Shown in pieces: positions 55,818-64,000 of a DNA stretch of 64,000 nucleotides (position 1 is its first letter; the number at the start of each line of letters is the position of its first letter). Where the stretch lies: contig OZ037766.1 of NCBI GenBank assembly GCA_964035545.1, positions 32,044,773 to 32,108,772 of the forward strand, in the 5' to 3' direction. The position numbers and the translations under genes were made by a program. The notes under the pieces are model-generated. The model was not told where the DNA came from. It made no database searches and saw only the letters and a list, made by a program, of their open reading frames with translations. Source of the stretch: Bugula neritina (lineage: Eukaryota > Animalia > Bryozoa).

Positions 55818-58301
55818 TGGGCTGCCACACAGCTGATTTGAGACTAAAATTGAAGGAAATATTACTTCAAGAAAAAATAACTGGGAAATGCTAAGATATT
55901 AGCAACAGAATTTTTTTGCATGTATTATAAGCTTATAATGAAGAAACCAAATCAATTATTTGGTTTTGAAAAACCAAGCATGGTAAAAATATTTAAATTA
56001 TGTAATATTTGAATGGTACTAACTAACAACCTAGTATTTAACTTATAAATAGAAGAGTTAAAAAAAGTGTTTGTTTGTTCAATGCTGTGGTAATGCTATA
56101 AAATTATCTAAACATTTTCACCCTTTACTGCTATGAATGTAAAATTATTTTGGGAGGCCTTTAAAAAAACAGGATAGTGAATATGACAAACTTTCACTTT
56201 GATCAGATAAAATAGATTTGTGACTTTAGCAGCTTCATAATGTGCTCTGTGCTAACACTGCAACATCCAGTGCTGTTTTTGAAATTGGCATTACTGATAA
56301 TTGATTGAGTTTGATTGATAATCATCATAAATATTGAACTTCTTATCAATACCATATTTGATATTGTTAATAACTACTTTAATTGTAATTATCAATTCAA
56401 ATTGAAGTTAATAGTTATATCCTGATATTTAACAATAAAATTAAATATAAAATAATCATAATGTCAATGATAATGAATGTTTAATTTTAAAAATAGATTG
56501 CAGTTGTAATACTTAAGTAATAGACATAGTCAATGTCATATTCCTAGTAATAGCTAGAGCCAGTCTTGCAGTTGCTGACTATTACTGTACTAGTGCACTG
56601 TGTAGTAGATCAAACTAGAGTAAAACTGAAACTTAAAAGTGAAAGTAAAACTAAAACTAAAAGTAAAAGTAAAAGTAAATTAATAGAACAAAAAAGTAAA
56701 TCAAAATGTGTTGAGCTAATACTTTACTAATAGTAACACTTAGAGTAATAGTAGTAATACTAATAGTAGTGTAGCTAACTTAAACTAGGTATTGCAACTA
56801 AAATCGCTTTAAAATATATAAGAAAGTGACCAATACTTTAATAATAAGCAAGATTATAATGATTATCTTAATGATAATAATAATCAGAACACAAATTTCA
56901 TGTTGACAGAAACAGGTGATAAATGGAAACAGAAATGTATGTTATAATAGCTTCAAATTGATATTTCAGGTTTCAGGACATTCTTAAACACCCCGCACTG
57001 CCTTTTGCTTTGCGTGCAGCCAAAGACTTTCTGTCGCGAGACCAAGGTCAAAAGTCACTACTTACAAACCGATTTTTTCTACTTTGTGGAGTTGTCCCAT
57101 CTCTCTCTTTCTTATGAAGCACATGGCTTCAATATGAATTAGGTTTTAGAATACTGTCGTTATTGTGATCATTACAGTAGTTGCACTCATTATTATGTGT
57201 GTTATGTGATACTCTGTACTGGTTCTGAGAACTCAACTCTCCTGTCTTGATCTCTTTGTAGCTCCTTTGTGAACTTGATAAAATACGTAGTCATTAGTTC
57301 TTCATACCGATCATATATGCATATTATAATAAATAATGAGTATAGCCTGTCAAAACAGCTTGGTAACTTACGTTGCTCTACCTAGCCTTTAGAAAAGCAT
57401 TATTAAGAGCTCAACCTTTTTAGTTCAAACTGATATAATGTCTATTTGCTGCTTGCTTTATTTTCAAATTGTATTATTTTGTTTGTTTAAAACTATAATC
57501 CGCTGATGATATTTAATAAAATTAGCTTTTATTTTAATGTCCATGGCCTAAGCAATATCTTTGATTAGTGTTGTACCTATGTCCCTAGGATATCGAAGGT
57601 TGGGAGGTGAAAGAGTATCACCGTATGTCATTCACTCCCTGACACCGTTCTCAAGCTAAAGACCACTGCACTGCACTGCAACTGCAACAGCAACTGCACT
57701 GCAAAAGAATGCCAAAATCTGTGCAGACTAGGCCTATGCATTACGCTTTCTGCTGTTTTACTAGTCCATCATTCATTATGCTAGGCTTAGTGTAGACCTG
57801 TACTTGTTATGAACTGAAGTTTTTGGCTTTACTAAATTGATATACACTAACTAGGCATTTACAAAATAAAAAGCTTTCAATCAACAGATATCTTGCATTC
57901 TTTCAAATAGAAGTTTCCCTTTGGAATAAAGTTGAATATTCAAATCAAGCCTGACATCTTTAGATAATTATTATATTAACAATGTCTATTTTTAGTGCAT
58001 TAGAATAATAGGCACCAAGAGAGCTAACAGTGAGAACGCAACTTCTTACTATGTAACTTTATTTTTAATAGTAAAATTCATGAAACTTGGAAGCCAGATG
58101 AATTTATGTCTCTATTTATACTATTTGGTTAATATGAAAAAATAATGTAATACACATTATATGTTATGACAATCTTCAAACGGTAGCGATATTAGCATAT
58201 GATGTATATATATAAATATAACTAAAAAAATTCATTTATCTACTATTTAGCCCTATAAATATATAACATACTTTAATGAAAGATTCATGGTATAAAAAGA
58301 A

Positions 58302-59745
58302 TTAAAAGGAAAGCATAGTGATTTTAGCGTTAGATTGCGTATAAGCAACATTGTCCTCCCCTTCCAGATCTTTCCTTACAGCGTGATTGGTTATTGCTGG
58401 AGACTTCTCTCCATATCTCTCTTGTGAAGACATCCACTTTTCACTGGGTTGAGTTAGCCGTCCTATCCTCTGAAATAAAAGATGTTCAACACTCTTATTA
58501 GCTTCAAGATTTCTGCCAGCTGCATTATTTATGTCACGCCCCTGATCAATATAGCACAAGTTAAGGGCCAAATATGTAGGCTTTCAGATAGTCTATTTAT
58601 AAATCTAGTTTTGTACTCTAGTTTTTTCTCTTGAGAACTTTAGACTTTGGGGCTAAAAACCCCATCAAGCAATTGTGGTTTGAGAAATAATAAAGTGATC
58701 AGCCCAACTAATATATAAACTAGAAAATTCATCTTAGCAATAAGCAAACATATCTTTATTATGGGCTTATTATAGTACGTATTATAATTTAAGTTACTGA
58801 AATACTTCATACAACACCAAAAAAATGTCTGGTTAATTTTATATAAATAACAAATTTTGAAATGTTTTTATAGGCCCAAAGACTAAATCTATTACATTCA
58901 ACTTATAGTTGTATGTAAACTTTCCATTTCTCATTTGAGAGCTATAAGGCTTTCAATAAGATTCTTTGGTATTTATACAATAGAAGCTTCAGTGATAAAG
59001 CCAGAAGCACTCACCCGAAATAAGCTTTCTCCAGTGTTGGGGTAGCACATCTTATCATATATAATCACCAACACAGAGTACACTGGGATTAAGATTATAG
59101 GAATTAGGGCTACAATCCAGCCAATCGCCTGAGCCCATTTAGGAAGTACATAACTCCCATAACTCAAATCACTCGTGTCAATGAAATTGAATATGACTAT
59201 GGCCTAGAAAAATAAATTACAATAAATATAATATTCAAATGAATATATACAATATACAAATCACATATTGTATTGTACATTTTTGTTATAATAGATATCA
59301 GTATATGATATATACTATATGTGGCAGTATATAAAATAAATAATAATATATAATTATTTATAGAGTATCTAATACATGCAGCAATAGTATTATATTATTG
59401 ATCTATAAGCAACATGACATTTTGGAATAATGTCAACAGCTACTAACATACAAACATTTTTCTTATTTGGTATTTTGAAGCCTACATGTCTCTATATATA
59501 AAGTTCCATAATAAACACAGTCAATTAATTAGCAAACTATAAATAGTAGAAAAAGAGACCAGCTGTCCTTTATAGCTGAGGCTTTCATGAAAACTCAAAG
59601 TATTTAATTGAACTCACTAGCAGTAGAAGAGGTGTAATGACTTTCCACAGAATTCTGAAATACCACCAACCAAACTTATTAAACTTCCAGCCCAACATCT
59701 CCTCCACATTATCCAATATTCTTTCAGCACCTGGTAATTAGTATA

Positions 59746-59825
<80 letters not shown>

Positions 59826-62800
59826 TCGTATATATTTATTTACTTAGGTAAAATGGGTAAAATAAGTCAGTGGTCATAGACAGAGTCAATATACGTAATG
59901 ACATTAGCCAATGATTCTGACTGTATAAATCAGCCAATGAAACTGCATGTATAACTTAGCCAATAAGGAGTATTGTCTCACCATATGCCCAGCCGTACAC
60001 CAGAACCTCAGCAAAGCCAATCAGAACCAACGACCATCCTGAATAGTAGTTTATAAGCTCCTCCCAATATATTCCTGCCTGTGACATTGCAGTGCAGGTG
60101 GTTAGACAGTGAGAAATATTATACAGTGACACATCACATGCAGGTGGTCTGGGAATATATATATAAATTGATTTTTCACAACATTGAAATTGTTATTACA
60201 CAATATGTTGAAACTAAATGTCCTATTTACACGAATGTTGTGTAGCGATTGTTGTTGTGCACTAACATCACACATCGTACTAGGAGTTGTGTACTCACAT
60301 CACACGTCATATTGAGAGTTATGATGAACATGACAAGGCAGATAACTCCACTGATGACTGGTTTATAGTTTCCCAACTTCGGTTTGCTGTCCACGACGGT
60401 TGTGATCATCACCTCTATCCCAGCAAACTATAAAACATCATTTGCACACTAGCTGTATCATCTACACTAATTACTCTATATAAATATGACACTTATTTGT
60501 TAGACCTCATTGCACTGATCACACTATATTCATCTAGCTTCATTATAACAGTAATAAAATGCGTAATAGCTGGACGCCCATCTAGTATCACATGATAGCA
60601 GCTACCCTAATAGTCATATGCAATGAAAAGACAACTCTAGAATCTTCCAGGAAAACATCATCCTGCCACAGTTAGTAGTTAGTCTATATTGTATAATCTC
60701 TTTAGGATCACATGATGTGGACTCCATGCACTGGCCTCGTGCGGGAAATCTGTCCAGGTTGAAATGTTGTTTTTTCAACAGTGCACTTAGTATGCTATAT
60801 ATTATATTATATTAGTATATATTATTTATTCTAAACAGATTGAGCAAATCTTCTACAGGCAATATCAGTGAAAGTGAGTTGAACATAAAATATATTTAGA
60901 ATGCTTTATCTAGTGCTTGAGATCTTCGAATCTTCAATATATAACATCAATAAACTATGAGATATAATAGCTATATAATAGATTATATAATGTGTCATAG
61001 ACAACAACTATATATAAAATATAATTTTATATGTAGTAGATAGTAATTACATAATATACCATTTAATATGTGATAGATAATAACTATATAATAGACAGTT
61101 TTTATTTAATATAATATAGTAGTTATATATTAGAGAGGAATTATATATTAGAAAATAGTTATTAATATATTGCTATAGTTATTAATAGATTGTTAGAGTT
61201 ATTAATATATTGTTATAGTTATTAATAGATTGTTAGAGTTATTAATAGATTGTTATAGTTATTAATATATTGTTATAGTTATTAATAGACTGTTAGAGTT
61301 ATTAATAGATTATTATAGTTATTAATATATTGCTATAGTTATTAATAGTAACCTTACCTGACTATCCAGTCCCAAAGTGAGGATCATGAAGAAGAATATG
61401 ATGGACCAGAAAGGCGGGGCGGGCATTTTAGACACCACCTCAGGGTAAGCTATGAAAGCTAAAGCTGATCCTGTAACAAGAGAAGATAACTTATAATCAG
61501 TTATATCTTCCCATATACTCTTTCTATTAATGTGAAAATCTGGTGAAGCTAAACTCAGAAAAAGAGTTTAAAAGATGTCAGTTTTTGTTATTACTTGTAA
61601 ATTGTGTGGATTATAACTTCACTCACCAGAAGTTACTACATCTGGCACCTCCTTTCCAATTTGCTTAGCCATGAATCCAAGGATTGCAAAAATAGGAAAA
61701 CCAGCTAAAATACTGGTGAAGCAATTCCCGAGAGAAACTATCAGAGTATCCCTGCAAGCAATAGAAACAGTTCAAAGCTATCATTATGATACGATGCTTA
61801 CTGTTCAGCAATAGACTGTAGACAGGGGGTTAAATGAGTGAGGACTGTAAGCAGGGGGTTGAAGGAATGTAGTAATTTTGGGACATTTAAAACTTGGTTA
61901 TTGTAACAATATTTTCAATGCTATTTCTGCAAGCTATCAAGTGATAAAAATACATACATACAGCCTCAAAAATTTTGATGATTGCTTTGTGTTTAATAAT
62001 GATTTTATATCTTAAACAATATTTCTAGAATTAACTAGATAAAAAGAATGGAAGATTTCAATCCTCCCACTTTCCCCAGATGTCTTCTGGTTACAGAACA
62101 ATCTTCCTCACCTGAGTATGTTGTTATTAAACTGATTGTAACTTGCATACGTCATCAGACCACCCATACCTACTGACAGCGAGAAAAAGATTTGACCGGC
62201 AGCGTCTACCCAGATCTACAAAAGGAGTCAAGAGATAATGCTGCCGGCACAGCAGTGCATGTATTATGGTAATAATGCTGTTAACACAGTGGTGTATGTA
62301 TTATGGCAATAGAGCTTGTGACCCAGTGGTGTATGTATTATGGTAATGAGGCTGCTAACACAGTTTTCTGCTCAAAAATAAAGTCTTGTATCTATTCAAT
62401 ACAAGTCATATATCCCTAGTGATTCAAGAGCTTAGTCTACTATTACAACCAACCTTCTTTTACATGGCATGTATTTAGAAGGTGATAGCACTAAAAAGGT
62501 TGCTAGAGATACTATAAATACATATTCTGGTTTAAGATAAACTGCATTTCGGGTGGGTTGACACCCGTCCCTTACCTCTGGAGTTCCCAACTTAGTGAAG
62601 TTTGGTGTAAGATAGAACTTCACGCCTTCTTTTGCTCCATCTAATGTGGCTCCATATATTAGAAGGATTATTATAATAACGTATGGGAAAGTTGCAGTGA
62701 AATACACAACCTTTCCAGATGTTTTGATTCCTGGCAGAGAAAATAATCCCGAGATTAAAAATTCAATATAAGCAATGAAAAATACTAAATGCAATACAGA

Positions 62801-63900
62801 AAAAAAATTTAATAAAATTTTGCTTGAATATTTTAAAGAAAAAACATATTAGGACTTTTATGACGCTGTTGAAAATCTAGAAATTTGCAAATTTAAAAAG
62901 TTAAAATGCAAAGTAATTTAACTGCAACAAAAAACATTATTCTAATTAGCTCTAAATGATTATAAACTTATATGATGGGGAAACTAGCTTACTAAATATC
63001 TTGATATATATTAACAGCATCAGTTTTACCTTTAAGCATGCACAAGTAGACAACAATCCAGGAAAAGAGTAGAGTGAGAGTTATGTCCCATTTGGGGGCA
63101 CCAACATCCTCCATGGGTCTCATTACACCAGTGTTGTACCCGTCTTCATCCACATAGTTCTGTTTGTACATCTTCTGGCTATAGCAGATGGAGTATAGCA
63201 GTGTACTTGCTGAAGGAAGCTTTTACAATGATGTAACAAGCAAGTATATTTAATTCCTATATATATTGATATATTATTAATATAATATTAAATCATGCAT
63301 ATGATATAATACATGACATTATAATATAATATTTTATAACAATATTATATATTACTATAATATAATATTGTATACATGGTATATAATATAATGTATAATA
63401 TTATATTATATCAATATAATATAACATTATGTATATAATATTATATATAAACATGATATAATATTATATATAATATGGTATATAATATAATAAAATATTT
63501 AATACAATATAGTGTATATAATATAATATTATATTATATTCATACAATATTATAATGATGTATGGTTATACATGATCTATGTAAACACTTTAGCTTAACA
63601 TACAGAATATAAAATAAGATACGTCATGCCTTTTCTCTGTTTCTAAGACTATTAGACTGAGAATCTACCGGTTTATCTAGGCTAAAAGAAACGGAGGGTA
63701 AATATAATGCCCTTACTTGAAGAACTCTTCTGCAGCCGGAATTTTACTCTCATCTGGTAGAGTGCGTTTTTTGCCAGCTATTGTGTCGTTGAATTCCTCG
63801 ATGAATTTACCCAGAGCTACTACGCTGGCATTGTAACACTCTCTGAATAGATAAACAGCCCCAGTGGACGTCCCATTAGAATACTGCTCACACTCTATCT
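58302..63900 (-). CDS. SLC6 sodium/chloride-dependent amino-acid transporter (proline/glycine-transporter-like), 3' part; exons 63717-63900, 63030-63178, 62576-62730, 62112-62215, 61627-61751, 61358-61470, 60299-60427, 59982-60078, 59618-59730, 59015-59203, 58302-58469
   Basis: [83 protein letters not shown]...[18 protein letters not shown] and [15 protein letters not shown] are SNF/SLC6 motifs. The subfamily is not resolved. Confidence 0.93.
59748..59824. repeat. (TA)n microsatellite
   Basis: Direct inspection. Confidence 0.97.
61157..61348. repeat. 20-bp tandem repeat (agttattaatagattgttat) x ~9
   Basis: Direct inspection; abuts the SLC6 donor at 61357. Confidence 0.88.
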
Positions 63901-64000
63901 CTGCAGTGTTGTCAAAACATACTACAAAGATAAATCATATAAATAAAAATGAAAAAACGATAAATAGATATTAAGACAAACTAAAAAGATGCAAATATTA

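Noticed and set aside
56300-57300. Low-complexity tract plus a Cys-containing fragment near 56970-57060, possibly a transposon relic or MTIF3 5' exon
   Set aside because: No termini or convincing protein motif could be established by eye.

Overview
AT-rich, intron-containing animal genomic DNA, probably from an invertebrate (taxon not determinable from the sequence alone). It holds four genes. (1) The 3' part of the proteasome lid subunit PSMD7/Rpn8 on + (1-2096). (2) A ~50 kb minus-strand gene (2571-52423) whose constant exons encode an acidic linker, a divergent TIR domain and a TMEM268-like two-TM membrane domain. (3) Mitochondrial initiation factor 3 (MTIF3-like, minus, 53672-55817). (4) The 3' part of an SLC6 Na+/Cl- dependent amino-acid transporter (minus, 58302-63900). 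The main result is in gene 2. It appears to carry about 20 alternative ATG-bearing first exons arranged in tiers. Thirteen phase-0 exons (33.5-52.4 kb), most encoding short Arg/His/Lys-rich peptides, fit one phase-0 acceptor at 30942. Further phase-1 exons enter at progressively more internal phase-1 acceptors, including two downstream of the TIR exons that would give TIR-less isoforms. This resembles the variable-first-exon arrays of clustered protocadherins and UGT1A, but on a TIR-membrane protein. A decayed Kolobok-like DNA transposon (24501-29755) and several micro/minisatellites lie in its introns. All splicing models were inferred by hand from GT/AG sites and reading-frame phase; no transcript evidence was available.
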